From the human T2T-CHM13v2.0 reference genome, Homo sapiens, in contig CP068257.2 in the NCBI GenBank assembly GCA_009914755.4, forward strand, positions 30,080,001 through 30,144,000: a stretch of 64,000 nt of DNA, written 5' to 3'. A model generated the notes under the pieces. It saw only the letters and a program-made list of their open reading frames with translations, ran no database searches and was not told the DNA's origin. Position numbers and translations under genes: made by a program. Shown in pieces: positions 49,568 to 62,420 of this stretch (position 1 is the first letter of the stretch; each line of letters starts with the position of its first letter).

Positions 49568-50304
49568 TAATTCCTTACAAATATTATTTATAATGTCTCT
49601 ATTAGAAACATTATAAGTGGTTTCTAAGTTGCTTCTATTTAATGTTTATGGAAATTTAAAACCTTAAACTCTATTTTTAAAGAGACGATTTTTAACAGCC
49701 TTGAAAGCATCTTCAATTTTGATGACAAATTGTTAAACTTGAAATATTAATTTGTGTCTTAATTCAAAGGCAGTGGGATGCAGATCAGAATGGTGCAGCG
49801 TTCCTGCCCTCATGAGGTTTGCAATTTCAGGTGAGAGTCCGACACATTTTAAAAAATATCGCAATGTGGGAAATGCTAAGGGAGCTACTGTTCTGGGTGG
49901 ATTCTACAGGTTTTACTGGAGCAAGTATGATGGCATCATCTAGGAGGGCTTCCTGGAAGAGGTAAACTAGGTCTTAAGGGAAGCATCAGATGTCACTGGC
50001 TTGGGAAAGATATTCCAGAAGGAAGGAACAGGTTGTACAAAGTAAGGTAATTTTGTTTGGGGAAGCTCCAGCAGGTCCACATGAGGACACAGTTGAGATT
50101 GTCTAACTCTATGCTCATAACTGTAGGTGCTTGGGAAAAGCTGAACTAAGCCAGTGTTAACAGACGTTGTCTGGACAATGCAGTGGGTCTAGAAGCAGGT
50201 TAGAAGGACTAGAAGAGATTAAAAAAAACAAAACTCTGATGTAAGAAATGAATATAGCTGCAGATAAAAGTAGTTTGGCGCTATCTGTATGGTTCCCATC
50301 TAGG

Positions 50305-50615
50305 TTTATTTTATTTCATTTATTTATTTGAGATGGAGTCTTGCTCTGTCGCCCATGCTGGAGGGTAGTAGCGCGATCTCGGCTCACTGCAACCTCCACC
50401 TCCCAGGTTCAAGCAATTCTCCTGCTTCAGCCTCCTGAGTAGCTGAGATTACAGGCATGCACCACCATGCCTGGCTAATTTTTTTTTGTATTTTTAGTAG
50501 AGATGGGGTTTCACCATGTTGGCCAAGCTGGTCTAGAACTCCTGACCTCAGGTGATCCACCTGCCTCAGCCTCCCAAAGTGCTGGGATGACAGGTGTGAG
50601 CCACAGCACCCAGCC
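50305..50615 (-). mobile_element. Alu SINE
   Basis: (tttat)n tail, reverse-complement Alu ending 'gagccacagcacccagcc'. Confidence 0.9.
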
Positions 50616-50822
50616 TCCCAACAAGGCTTCTAACAGGGCAATCAGAATTTTCTTTAATTTTCCTCTATGGTTCTATTGGGTAAGATCCTTATTGAGTGTA
50701 CAGGTCTGCAGATAGAAAGAAACAAGCCAAGGAGAACACTGCTTCCTCTGTTTCTGTGGGTTATGTCTAATTTTAGGAAACAGCGCAACAAATAATAAAA
50801 AATGGATGTTTCTAAGTAGATT

Positions 50823-50857
50823 TGTGTGTGTGTGTGTATGTGTGTGTGTGTGTGCGT
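50823..50857. repeat. (GT)n microsatellite
   Basis: 'gtgtgtgtgtgtgtatgtgtgtgtgtgtgtgcg'. Confidence 0.95.
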
Positions 50858-50949
50858 CCTTTAATGCTTTTACCCCCATCCTGGCCTCATGCAATGTCAA
50901 AAAAAAGTAAGTGAGCAAATTGACACTTTCTTCTTTTAGTGATTATTAT

Positions 50950-51160
<211 letters not shown>

Positions 51161-51239
51161 ATTATTTTTATCTCCAACATGCACCTATGGCAGGTTGGCC
51201 TCTGCTCTCTCATCCCCAGAACCAAGTTATTTGCTTAAA

Positions 51240-51470
51240 CTCTCTCTAATGCAGTGGCTCTGAGGAGAGTCCCTGGAGCCAAGGCGCCTGGATTTGAATC
51301 CTGGCACTACTACTTAACTATTCACTGGGATGAGTTATTCAACATGGCTACATCTCAGCTTTCTCATCTGTAAAATGGGGGTATTAATAACAGTACCAAC
51401 TTCATAAGCATCTTGTGAGGATTGAATGAATTGAACATATATAGGTGCTTATAAGAGTACCTGTCACGTG
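51240..51470 (+). mobile_element. MIR SINE
   Basis: 'ggatttgaatcctggcactactacttaactattcac..catctcagctttctcatctgtaaaatgggggtattaataacagtacc..atcttgtgaggattgaatgaattgaacatatataggtgcttataag' follows the MIR consensus closely. Confidence 0.7.
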
Positions 51471-51759
51471 CTAGTACAGCTTGAGTTTGGCCAGTCTCGT
51501 CTCTCAAACAGCATCTAGGGACATATGCCCAGAGCCGCAAGAGCACTGATCTTCAGTACTCTCCCTCTTCCTTCTTTTCCCCACTCTCTTAATCACCATT
51601 CAGTGTGTACGCCCCTATCCTCACCCCAGTTAGCTCCTGGGGCTCACACTTAATTTGTTCAGAGGAGAAGTGGCCTGGGCAGTGTCAGTCCCTGGTAGTA
51701 ACGAGATGTGTTACGTGTTGATGCCTGGAAAAGAGGGAATAAGAAGAAATCCTAGGTCT

Positions 51760-52107
51760 GCAGCCATAAAAAAGGATGAGTTCATGTCCTTTGTAGGGAC
51801 ATGGATGAAGCTGGAAACCATCATTCTGAGCAAACTATCGCAAAGACAGAAAACCAAACACCGCATGTTCTCACTCATAGGTGGGAATTGAACAATGAGA
51901 ACACATGGACACAGGAAGGGGAGCATCACACACCGGGGCCTGTTGTGGGGTTGGGGGAGTGGGGAGGGACAGCATTAGGAGAAGTACCTAATGTAAATGA
52001 TGAGTTGATGGGTGCAGCACACCAACATGGCACATATATACATATGTAACAAACCTGCACATTGTGCACATGTACCCTAGGACTTAAAGTATTAAAAAAA
52101 AAAAAAA
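51760..52107 (+). mobile_element. 5'-truncated LINE-1 3' end (ORF2 C-terminus + 3'UTR + poly-A), L1PA-like, with TSD
   Basis: encodes '..AIKKDEFMSFVGTWMKLETIILSKLSQRQKTKHRMFSLIGGN*'; then 3'UTR 'acatggcacatatatacatatgtaacaaacctgcacattgtgcacatgtaccctagg' and (A)17; TSD 'aagaaatcctaggtct' at 51744-51759 and 52108-52123. Confidence 0.9.
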
Positions 52108-52593
52108 AAGAAATCCTAGGTCTATTTCTCCATCACTGCTTACCAGCTTTAGGAAAATCTAAAAAGCCTACAGCCCTCAGTTTCCTCATCCTTAAAGTTG
52201 GGATGATAATAATTATCCTCATCCCCCTTGGTCCTCGTGAAGGTCACAGGAGAATACTGCTTATGGAAATCTTTTGTAAACTGTAAAGTGCAAATAGATA
52301 TATAGGACTGTTTTCATTCACCCAAACACTTGTCAATGAATAGCATTAGCTTTTCTTGGTCTTAATATATTATTGAGTACCCGCCATAGAATGTCAAATA
52401 GAAATCTTGTCTTAGTCCTGACTTTTATGGGAGGGATTTGTAATATCTGACTTGTAAAATCATGCTTGCTTAGATTGCTAACATGCTTGATTAGGTTTAA
52501 GACATTTCTTTTCCTGGGTTGCTATCATGAATGGATGTTGTATTTTAGCAAATGCCTCTAAAAGATCTGTTAATACCACCAATGGTTTTTCTA

Positions 52594-52892
52594 CATATAT
52601 ATATATATTTGAGACGGAGTCTTGCTCTGTCACCCAGGTTGGAGTGCAGCAGCACGATCTCAGCTCACTGAAATCGCCATCTCCCAAGTTCAAGCGATTC
52701 TCCTGCCTTAGCCTCCCCAGTAGCTGAGAGTATAGGTGTGCACCACCAGGCCTGGCTAATTTTTGTATTATTAGCAGAGGCAGGGTTTCACCATGTTGGC
52801 CAGGCTGGTCTTGAACTCATGACCTCAAGTGATCCACCCGCTTTGGCCTTCCAAAGTGCTGGGATTATAGGTGTGAGCCGCCATGCCCAGCC
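52594..52892 (-). mobile_element. Alu SINE with (TA)n tail
   Basis: reverse-complement Alu 'gagacggagtcttgctctgtcacccaggttggagtgcagcagcacgatctcagctcactg..' ending 'gagccgccatgcccagcc'. Confidence 0.9.
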
Positions 52893-53019
52893 TCTACCTT
52901 GAAATTTTTAATAGACTGTTAATATGGAAACATCTTAACATTCCCAGAATGATCCTTTGTACCTTTAATACACAGCTGGATATGAAATTTTGTATCTTTG
53001 TTTTTACTGATATGTAAAT

Positions 53020-53115
53020 ATATATATTTGTATACACACATATGTACACCATATATATTGTGTGTATGTATGTGTGTGTGTGTGTGCTGATTGATAGATA
53101 CAGATAGATATAAGG
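53020..53115. repeat. mixed (TA)n/(TG)n/(GATA)n microsatellite
   Basis: 'atatatatttgtatacacacatatgtacaccatatatattgtgtgtatgtatgtgtgtgtgtgtgtgctgattgatagatacagatagatataagg'. Confidence 0.9.
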
Positions 53116-53116
53116 T

Positions 53117-53470
53117 TGATATGGTTTGGTTGTGTCCCCACCCAAATCTTATCTTGAACTGTAGTTCCCATAATCCCCATGTGTGGTGGGAGGGACCTGG
53201 TGGGGCAGTTTCGTCCATGCTGTTCTCATGATATTGAGTGAGTTCTCATGAGATTTGACAGTTTTATAAGGAGCTTTTCCCCTCTTCATTCTGGACTTCT
53301 TGCTGCTACCATGTGAAGAAGGACATGTTTGTGTCCCCTTCTGCCATAATTGTAAGTTTCCTGAGGCCTTCCCAGCCCTGTGGAACTGTGAGTCAATTAA
53401 ACTTGTTTTCTTTATAAATTACCCAGGCTTGGATATGTCCTTATAGCAGCATGAGAATGGACTAATACAA
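53117..53470 (+). mobile_element. MaLR 5' LTR (THE1/MST-type)
   Basis: begins 'tgatatggtttggttgtgtccccacccaaatcttatcttgaactgtagttcccataatccccatgtgtggtgggagggacc' and ends '..taaattacccaggcttggatatgtccttatagcagcatgagaatggactaatacaa'. Confidence 0.85.
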
Positions 53471-54975
53471 TAAGTTGGTACCAGGTAGTGGGTGCTGCTG
53501 TAAAGATACCTGAAAACGTGGAAGCAACTTTGGAAGTGGGTAACAGGCAGAGGTTGGAACAGTTTGGAGGGCTCAGAAGAAGATAGGAAAATGTGGGAAA
53601 GTTTGGAACTTCTTAGAGACTTGTTGAATGGCTTTGACCAAAAAGCTGATAGTGATATGGACAATAAAGCCCAGGCTGAGGTGGTCTCAAATGGATATGA
53701 AGAACTTGTTGGGAACTGGAATAAAGGTCACTCTTCCTATGCAAAGAGACTGGTGGCATTTTGCTTCTGCCTTAGAGATTTGTGGAACTTTGAACTTGAG
53801 AGAGATGATTTAGGGTATCTGGTAGAAGAAATTTCTAAGGGGCAAAGTGTTCAAGAGAAAGCAGAGCATAAAAGTTTGAAAAATTTGCAACCTGACAATG
53901 CAATAGAAAAGAAAATCCCATTTTCTGGGGAGAGATTCAAGCCAGCTGCAGAAATTTGCATAAGTAAGGAGGAGCTGAATGTTAATCACCAAGACAACGG
54001 GGAACATGTCTCCGGGGCATGTCAGAGACCTTCATGGCATCCCGGAGACCTGAGAGGAAAAAATGGTTTTGTGGGCCAGGTCCAGGGCCCCCGTGCTGTG
54101 TGCAGCCAAGTGACTTGGTGCCCTGTGTCCTAACCACTCCAGCCGTGGCTAAAAGGGGCCAAGGTACAGCTCGGGACATGGCTTCAGGGGGTGCAAGCCC
54201 TGGTCCTTGGCAGCTTCCATGTGGTATTGAGCCTGGGGGTGCACATAAGTCAATAATTGAGGTTTGGGAACCTCCACCTAGATTTCAGAGGATGTATGGA
54301 AATGCCTGGATGTCCAGGCAGAAGTTTGCTGCAGAGCCAGGGCCCTCATGGAGAACCTCTGCTTGGGGAGTGCAGAAGGGAAATGTGGGGTTGGAGCCTC
54401 ACACCGAGTCCCCGCTGGGGCACTGCCTAGTGTAGCTGTGAGAAGAGGGCCACCAACCTCCAGGCACCAGAATGGTATATCCACCAACAGCTTGCATGGT
54501 GCACCTGGAAAAGGCGCAGGCACTCAACGCCAGCTGTGAAAGCAGACTGGAGGGGGATTTTACCCTGAAAAGCCACAAGAGCAGACTGCCCAAGGGTGTA
54601 GGAACCCACCTCTTGCATCAGCATGACCTGGATGTGAGACATGGAGTCAAAGGATATCATTTTGGAACTTTAAGGTTTAATGACTGTCCTATTGGACTTT
54701 GGACTTGCATGGGGCCTGTACCTCCTTTGTTTTGGCCAATTTCTCCCATTTGGAATGGGTGTATTTACCCAATGCCTGTAGCCCCATTGTATCTAGGAAG
54801 TAACTAACTTGTTTTTGATTTTACAGGCTCTTAGGCCTTGTCTCAGATGAGACTTTGGACTTGGACTTTTGAGTTAATGCTGGAATGACTTAAGACTTTA
54901 GGGGACTGTTGGAAGGGAATGATTGTGTTTTTGAAATGTGAGGACATGAGATTTGGGAGGGGCCAGAGGTGGAAT
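53471..54975 (+). mobile_element. MaLR internal region (non-coding retroelement interior) between the two LTRs
   Basis: about 1.5 kb unique-looking sequence bounded by two same-orientation THE1/MST-type LTRs; contains the 189-aa and several 60-140-aa ORFs of the track. Confidence 0.65.
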
Positions 54976-55299
54976 TATATGATTTTGCTGTGTGTCCCCA
55001 CTCATATCTCATCTTAAACTGTAGTTCCCATAATTCTCACATGTGGTGAGAGGGACTCGGTGGGAAAATTGCATCATGGGGGCGGTTACCTCCATGCTCT
55101 TCTCATGACAGTGAGTTCTCACGAGATCTGATGGTTGTATAAGGGGCTTTCCCCACTCCTTTTCTCAGCACTTCTTCTTCCTGCCACCATATGAAGAAGG
55201 ATGTGTTTGCTTCCCCTTCCATTTTGATTGTAAGTTTCCTGAGGCCTCCCCAGCCCTGCAGGTATGTCCTTATAGCAGGATGAGAATGGACTAATACAA
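54976..55299 (+). mobile_element. MaLR 3' LTR (THE1/MST-type, small internal deletion)
   Basis: 'tatatgattttgctgtgtgtccccactcatatctcatcttaaactgtagttcccataattctcacatgtggtgagagggac..cctgaggcctccccagccctgcaggtatgtccttatagcaggatgagaatggactaatacaa' is co-linear with the 5' LTR. Confidence 0.85.
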
Positions 55300-55311
55300 A
55301 GATATCAGTGT

Positions 55312-55618
55312 TTCTTTCTTTTCAGAGACAGAATCTCACTCTTATCAGCAAGGCTGGAGTGCAGTGGCATGATGGCATAATCATAGCTCACTGCAACCTT
55401 GAATTCCTAAGCTCAAATGATCCTCCCACCTCAGCCTCCTGAGTAGCTAGGACTACAGGCATGCAACACACATTCCTGGCTATTTGTTTTTTAATTTTTG
55501 TAGAGATAGGGCCTCGCTTTGTTGCCCAGGCTGGTCTCAAACTCCTAGCCTCAAATGATCCTCCTGCTTCGGCCTCCTAAAGCGCTGGGATTACAGATGT
55601 GAGCCACCATGCCTGGCC
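55312..55618 (-). mobile_element. old Alu (AluJ-like)
   Basis: 'gagacagaatctcactcttatcagcaaggctggagtgcagtggcatgatggcataatcatagctcactgcaaccttgaattcctaagctcaaatgatcc..' ending 'gagccaccatgcctggcc'. Confidence 0.85.
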
Positions 55619-56019
55619 AGGTATCAATGGTATACTGAACCTCTAAAATGAGAAAATGTGTTAGGTAAGCTTCCCATGTTTTCCTAGGATCAGAGGCAGT
55701 TTATATAGAATTATCTCTTCCTTAAAGCTTTGTCAGAATCTACCTGAAAAGCCCTCTGGACTCAGTGTCTGTTTTAGGGATAGATCTTTGAGTATCTCTT
55801 TAAGTTCCTTGATAGTAATGATTCTATTTAACATTCCTAATTTTCCTTGAATGAATCTTTGTAATTAATATTTTTCTAGGATATTAGTCTCTTCATCCAG
55901 TACTTTTCAAAATGCTTGCCATGAAGATAAACATTCTTAGTTTTTGACTTGTGATTTTTTCTTGAAAGATAAGCCAAAGTTTTGCCTTTCTATTACTTCT
56001 CTCAAAAAACAAGTTAATT

Positions 56020-57560
56020 TTTATTTTTTAACTTTTATTTTAAGTTCAGGGGTACATATGCAGGTTTGTTATATAGGTAAACTTGTGTCATGGGGGTTTG
56101 TTGTACAGATTATTTCATCACCCAGGTATTAAGCCTAGTACCTATTAGTTATTTTTCCTGATCCTCATCTCCAGCCCCTGATAGGACCCCGTGTGTATTG
56201 TTCCCCTCTATGTGTCCATGTGTTCTCATCATTTAGCTCTCACTTAAAAACGAAAACATGCGATTTTGGTTTTCTGTTTCTGTGTTAGTTTGCTAAGGAT
56301 ATTGGCCTCTAGCTCCATCCATGTTCCTGCAAAAAATATGATCTCATTCTTTTTTTATGGCTGCATAGTATTCCATGTGTATATGTACCACATTTTCTTT
56401 TTCCAGTGTATCATTGATGGGCATTTAGGTTGATACCGTGCCTTTGCTATTGTGAATAGTGCTGCAATGAACATACACATGCATGTGTCTTTATAATAGA
56501 ACAATTTATATTCCTTTGGGCATATACCCAGTAATGGGATTGCTGGGTCAATTGGTATTTCTGCTTTTAGGTCTTTGAGAAATCGCCACACTGTCTTCCA
56601 CAATGGTTGAACTAATTTACACTCCCACCAACAGTGTATAAGTGTTTCCTTTTCTCTGCAACCTTGCCAGCATCTGAAAAACCAGTCACCACATGCTATC
56701 ACCTCTTTATTTTCTATTTTTATTAATTTCTACTCTTATCTTTCTTAATTCATTCCTTCAACTTTCTTCAGGTTTATTTTGTCTCTCTCCATCCCCTGCC
56801 AAGCTTCTTGAGTTGAAATCTTGGTTGATTCATTTATTTTCAACATTTCTTATTTTCTGTCACATGCACATAAGGCTATGTATTTTCCCTGTGAGTGCTG
56901 TCTTAGCGTGTCCCATGGGCCTTGATATCCATGGACAGCTCTTACTGTGATTCAGTTCTAAATGGCTTGTAATTTCTGTGCTTATTTCCTGTCAAACCTA
57001 AGACTTATTTAGTGGAATGTTTTAAAATATCCAAGAGGATAGATTTTTGTTTGTTATCCATCTTTTATTATTTTCTAATTTTATTCCATTATAGTTCATG
57101 AATGTATGCTGTCACAGTTTTACTATTGGGGATTTGTTGTGATTTTCTTTGTGGTTTAATACATTCAGAGAATGTCTCATGAGAGTTGGAAAAAAATGTG
57201 TAATGTCTGTTGGATAAAAACTTGTTTCTCTCCATATGCCTATGAAGTTATAAATGTTAGTTTTGTCAGCCAGGACTTCTTAAGACATATTCATTTGGGT
57301 AGTAGTTGATCAGCCTGTTTTTGAGAAATGTATTTAAAGCCACCCATGATGGGGACTTACCAGTGATTCCTTGCATTTCTATCAGGGCTTGTCTTACTTA
57401 CAGATTTTGAGGCCAAGGTTGTAGGTACATAAATGTTTATGATTCATATTTTTGTGGATTATAATGTTATAATTATGATATATTCTTTTAATGCTTTTCA
57501 TTTTGAATTTTATTTTGTGTGAGATGACTACTATTAATATATACCTGGCATGCCTTTTTC
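56020..57560 (-). mobile_element. LINE-1 3' portion (3'UTR + ORF2 C-terminus, L1PA/L1PB-like) plus adjoining older L1-derived sequence, antisense
   Basis: 56025-56130 'ttttattttaagttcaggggtacatatgcaggtttgttatataggtaaacttgtgtcatgggggtttgttgtacagattatttcatcacccaggtattaagcctagtacc' is the L1 3'UTR antisense; the minus-strand ORF 56355-56702 translates to the L1 ORF2 tail '..LVQPLWKTVWRFLKDLKAEIPIDPAIPLLGICPKEYKLFYYKDTCMCMFIAALFTIAKA..IHWKKKMWYIYT'. Confidence 0.8.
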
Positions 57561-57574
57561 TTTTATTTTCTTTT

Positions 57575-58370
<796 letters not shown>

Positions 58371-59002
58371 TAGCATGCCTTTTTCGATGTCTTTTCCATC
58401 TTTCCTGTGTTCTTTTCATTAGGTGTTAGGATTGCTGATATGTTTGGCCTTCTTTCTGGCTGTGGCAGAAAAGTCACAATGGTCTTTCCCAAGTATATGC
58501 CATTTGGCTACCAAAAATGCATCCTCCCTTTCCTAGCATGGAAAGTGACAGCCCAGTCAAGGGCTATTTTCTCAACCCTCTTCATGCCCAGTTATGGTCA
58601 TGTGATTAGTTCTCAGCAATGAAATGTGGGCAGCAGTGATGGGAATCACTAAGGACTTAATGTTTTTCTCTGCTTTGATTGAATGCGCACTTAATTGGTG
58701 ATGATTTGCAGAGAAGTGGAGAAAGCAGGGAACTAAGGAGTTTCTATTTGTTTACTGATTCTAAGCCCTGAAAATGCCAGGTGATCGGGGGTGATCAGAC
58801 GTGTCTGAATCACGTTGGTGGTGCCAGTGACTTGCTTGATGTTTGCCTTCCCCATCACTTCAGCTCCCTGAGGCCTGGGACTGTGCCTACCAAGTGCTAC
58901 ATGGTCTCCCTAAAGCTTGGGTTATAGTACACTCTTTATTAACATTTATTGTGTGAATAAATGAAATGCTTTACATTTACTGGTGACCTCATCAACTAAT
59001 TC

Positions 59003-59301
59003 TTTTTTTTTTTTTTTTTTTGAGACGGAGTCTCGCTCTGTCACCTAGGCTGGAGTATAGTGGCGCACGTCGGCTCACTGCAAGCTCCGCCTCCCAGGTT
59101 CACGCCATTCTCCTGCCTCAGCCTCCGAAGTAGCTGGGACTACAGGCGCCCGCCACCACGCCCAGCTAATTTTTTGTATTTTTAGTAGAGACGGGGTTTC
59201 ACCATGTTAGCCAGGATGGTCTCGATCTCCTGACCTCATGATCTGCCTGCCTCGGCCTCACAAAGTGCTGGGATTACAGGCGTGAACCACCGCGCCTGGC
59301 C
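59003..59301 (-). mobile_element. Alu SINE, AluY-like (young) with perfect 18-bp TSD
   Basis: near-consensus AluY reverse complement ('gcaagctccgcctcccaggttcacgccattctcctgcctcagcctccgaagtagctgggactacaggcgcccgccaccacgcccagctaattttttgtatttttagtagagacggggtttcaccatgttagccaggatggtctcgatctcctgacctcatgatctgcc'); 19-nt pure poly-T; TSD 'tcatcaactaattctttt' at 58989-59006 and 59302-59319. Confidence 0.9.
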
Positions 59302-59569
59302 TTCATCAACTAATTCTTTTGGTAAATGAATTTCTGCTTAAACCAGGCCAAGACCTTTCTTTATAAGAAGCCAGGCCAGTGAATCAGGGAGTGAGATCAG
59401 AGGAAAGGAAGTCTCCCTTTTGTGTCTTTAAGTCATGTATTGTGCCGTGACTAGCTGGAAAAGCTGCAAAATAGTATAATAGAAGCTGTATATATCAGCA
59501 ATAGCAAGGATTACTTGTCTGAGAACCTGGTTTGTGCCAGGCACTGACCTTGATGCTTTTCATACATTG

Positions 59570-59760
59570 CTTCATTGAATACTCATAAAAGCTACCACAC
59601 AGGTGTGATTCTCCCTATTTTACAGATGCATCAGCTGAGGCTCTGTGCGGTAAATAAGTTGTTCAATGACAGAGACCAAGTAAGTGGCCAAGTCAGGACT
59701 CATATCCATCTTCCTGACTTCGAGCTTGAATTCCCTTCTACCATACCTTATAAAAAGAAT
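59570..59760 (-). mobile_element. MIR SINE
   Basis: 'ccctattttacagatgcatcagctgaggctctgtgcggtaaataagttgttcaatgacagagaccaagtaagtggccaagtcaggactcatatccatc' is MIR antisense ('ccccattttacagatgaggaaactgaggctcagagaggttaagtaacttgcccaaggtcacacagctagtaagtggcagagc..'). Confidence 0.7.
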
Positions 59761-60024
59761 TCAGCAGCCTGAGGTTCAAGGTTCAGCTGCATGATATTGA
59801 GAATTCATTTAGTTTCTCTGAGCCGCCATCTCCTTATTTGTGGAATGGAGATAATGATGACACTGATTGATGCTCAGCTCCTCACAGAGTTATTGTAAAG
59901 ACAAGTGAGAGAATGACTATGTGTTTTGCAAGCGATTAAATTCACAAACACAAGTCACTTTACTTACAGTATACTGGAGACACTTACATTAGGCTTTTAA
60001 ACATTTATATATATATGTATATAT

Positions 60025-60322
60025 ATTTTTTGATACAGGGTCTCACTTTGTCACCCAGGCTGGACTGCAGTGGTGCAATCTTGGCTCACTGCAGCCTAGA
60101 CCTCCAGGACTCAAGAGGTCAGATCCTCCCAACTCAGCCTCCTGAGTATCTGGGACTACAGGTGTGTGCCACCATGCCTGACTAATTTTTTTTGTATTTT
60201 TTTGTAGAGATGGGGTCTCGCCATGTTACTCAGGCTAGTCTTGAACTCCTAAGCTCAAGTGATCCATCCACCACGGCCTCGCAAAGTGCTAGGATTATAC
60301 GTGTGAGCCACCGCTCCTGGCC
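60025..60322 (-). mobile_element. old Alu (AluJ-like)
   Basis: 'gatacagggtctcactttgtcacccaggctggactgcagtggtgcaatcttggctcactgcagcctagacctccaggactcaagaggtc..'. Confidence 0.85.
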
Positions 60323-60361
60323 AGACTTTTTTTTTTATTTAAAAAACTTTATTTTTAAACT

Positions 60362-60649
60362 TTAATTTTTGATACAGGGTCTCACTCTGTCACCCATGCT
60401 GGGTTGCAGTGGTGTGATCATGGCTTACTGCAACCTTGACTTTTTGGGCTCAAGGGGTCCTCCTGCCTTAGCCTCCCAAGTAGCTTGGGCTACAGGCATG
60501 TGCCACCACGCCTAGCTAATTAAAAAAAATTTTTTTTGTAGAGACGGTGTCTTGCCATGTTGCCTAGGCTGGTCTCGAACTTCTGGGCTCAAGCTCCCAC
60601 CTTGGACTCCCAGTGTTGGAATTACAGGTGTGAGTCAATGCGTTGGGCC
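60362..60649 (-). mobile_element. old Alu (AluJ-like)
   Basis: 'gatacagggtctcactctgtcacccatgctgggttgcagtggtgtgatcatggcttactgcaaccttgactttttgggctcaaggggtcc..'. Confidence 0.85.
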
Positions 60650-61711
60650 GCATTAAACTTTAAAGTTTCTGAATTTGAGGACACGACTTTATGACAGGCA
60701 ACCTCTCAGTTTTTCAGAATAGAAATAATCCTTTCAGTCACATGAGAGAACAGTGTCTTCTATTTTAAGTAGTCAACTTTCTCTTTAGTGTTGTTTGTAT
60801 GTGGGCAAACCCTACCCAAGTTTCTGTTCCTGAAATCAATTTCTTAATTTGCATTAGGCAAAAGTGTTGCATAAGCTTATTTTATTATCATCCAGCTTTT
60901 TATAGATCTTTGCTGAGAGACAATACGGGCTTGTTGAAAGAGGCCCTGTTTGACTGTCCCAAGCCCTGGGATGGAGTCCTAGCCCTGGCACTTAGCAGCT
61001 GTGGGATCGTGGGTGAACTACTTCACCTCCCTGCTTCTCAGGCCTCTACATCTGCAAAGTGAGAACAAGGGGAGCTCTTTCCCTAAGGGCCCTTTCACTG
61101 TACTACTTAAAAATGATTGCAAAGAGTCTTGCGTTAAGCAAAACTGAACACCTGCTGTAAATGTCTGCACCTCAGCAACATGACCCACAGTAGAATCTAT
61201 ATTTAGTTGCATTTGGATAATCTTCCTTTCCCCTTTTGCTTTAGCACTTTCTACCTTCAATTATTTCTTTATTACAGCAATGCCCCCTTTTTGCTCTACT
61301 GATGTGGGTGAGATGCAAATGGGCCTTTTGAGACTCTTGCTGTGTCCCCTGGGCCCCAGATGGACAGATGGGAGACAGAACGATTGTGGAGTACATCTTG
61401 GAGCTGACAGGTTTTGGGGGCAGGAAGTGTTAGTCAACACATGAGAAAAATGGGGTAAACAGCTGGAAAAGGCTGAGCATTAGCTGACAGGCTCTTTAGC
61501 CAACTGTCCTAGGACTGGATCAGGGCCTTGTGCATGGTGGGAGAGGCACCTAGGACCTGTGGAAAGGACAGGAAGCCAGACCCAAGAAGCCTCAGGCTGC
61601 AACCTGGCCCTCAGTTATTATCACAAAACTTACAAAGGTGTGAGCCTCGTGAATCAGCTGCAATAGATTGTTGCCTTGAGGACAAGACAGTCTAAACAAC
61701 TAAAAATTAGC

Positions 61712-62060
61712 CAGGTGTGGTGGCTCATGCTTGTTATCTCAGGGCTTCGGGAGGCTAAGGCAGGAGGATTGCTTGAGGCCAGAAGTTCAAGACGAGCCTG
61801 AGCAACACAGTGAGAGCCCCCCCCACAACCCCCCACCCCTCAACTTCTACAAAAAAATTTAAAAATTAGCTGGGCATGGTGTTGCACACTTGTAGTCCTA
61901 GCTACTTGGGAGGCTGAGGTGGGAGAATTGCTTGAGCCCAGGAGTTTGAGGTTGCAGTGAGTTATGATTGTGTCACTGGACTCCAGCCTGGGCAACAGAG
62001 CAAGACTCTGACTCAAAAAAAAAAAAAAACAAACCCAAAAAGCAAAAAGCAAAACCAAAA
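61712..62060 (+). mobile_element. old Alu (AluJ-like) with C-rich linker
   Basis: 'agccaggtgtggtggctcatgcttgttatctcagggcttcgggaggctaaggcagg..agcccccccc acaaccccccacccctcaac..attagctgggcatggtgttgcacacttgtagtcctagctacttgggaggctgagg..' with (a)n(caaaa)n tail. Confidence 0.85.
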
Positions 62061-62087
62061 ACCACACATACACAATGAAAATTATTA

Positions 62088-62420
<333 letters not shown>

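Noticed and set aside
51655-51891. ORF ending ..KKDEFMSFVGTWMKLETIILSKLSQRQKTKHRMFSLIGGN, and the minus-strand 115-aa ORF at 56355-56702
   Set aside because: Both are recognisable C-terminal pieces of LINE-1 ORF2 in 5'-truncated L1 copies. They are retrotransposon relics, not host genes.
53564-54133. 189-aa ORF as a possible novel gene
   Set aside because: It lies wholly inside the internal region of a MaLR retroelement bounded by two LTRs, with many overlapping short ORFs around it. It is most likely a chance frame or Gag relic. Kept only as a low-priority check under the MaLR finding.
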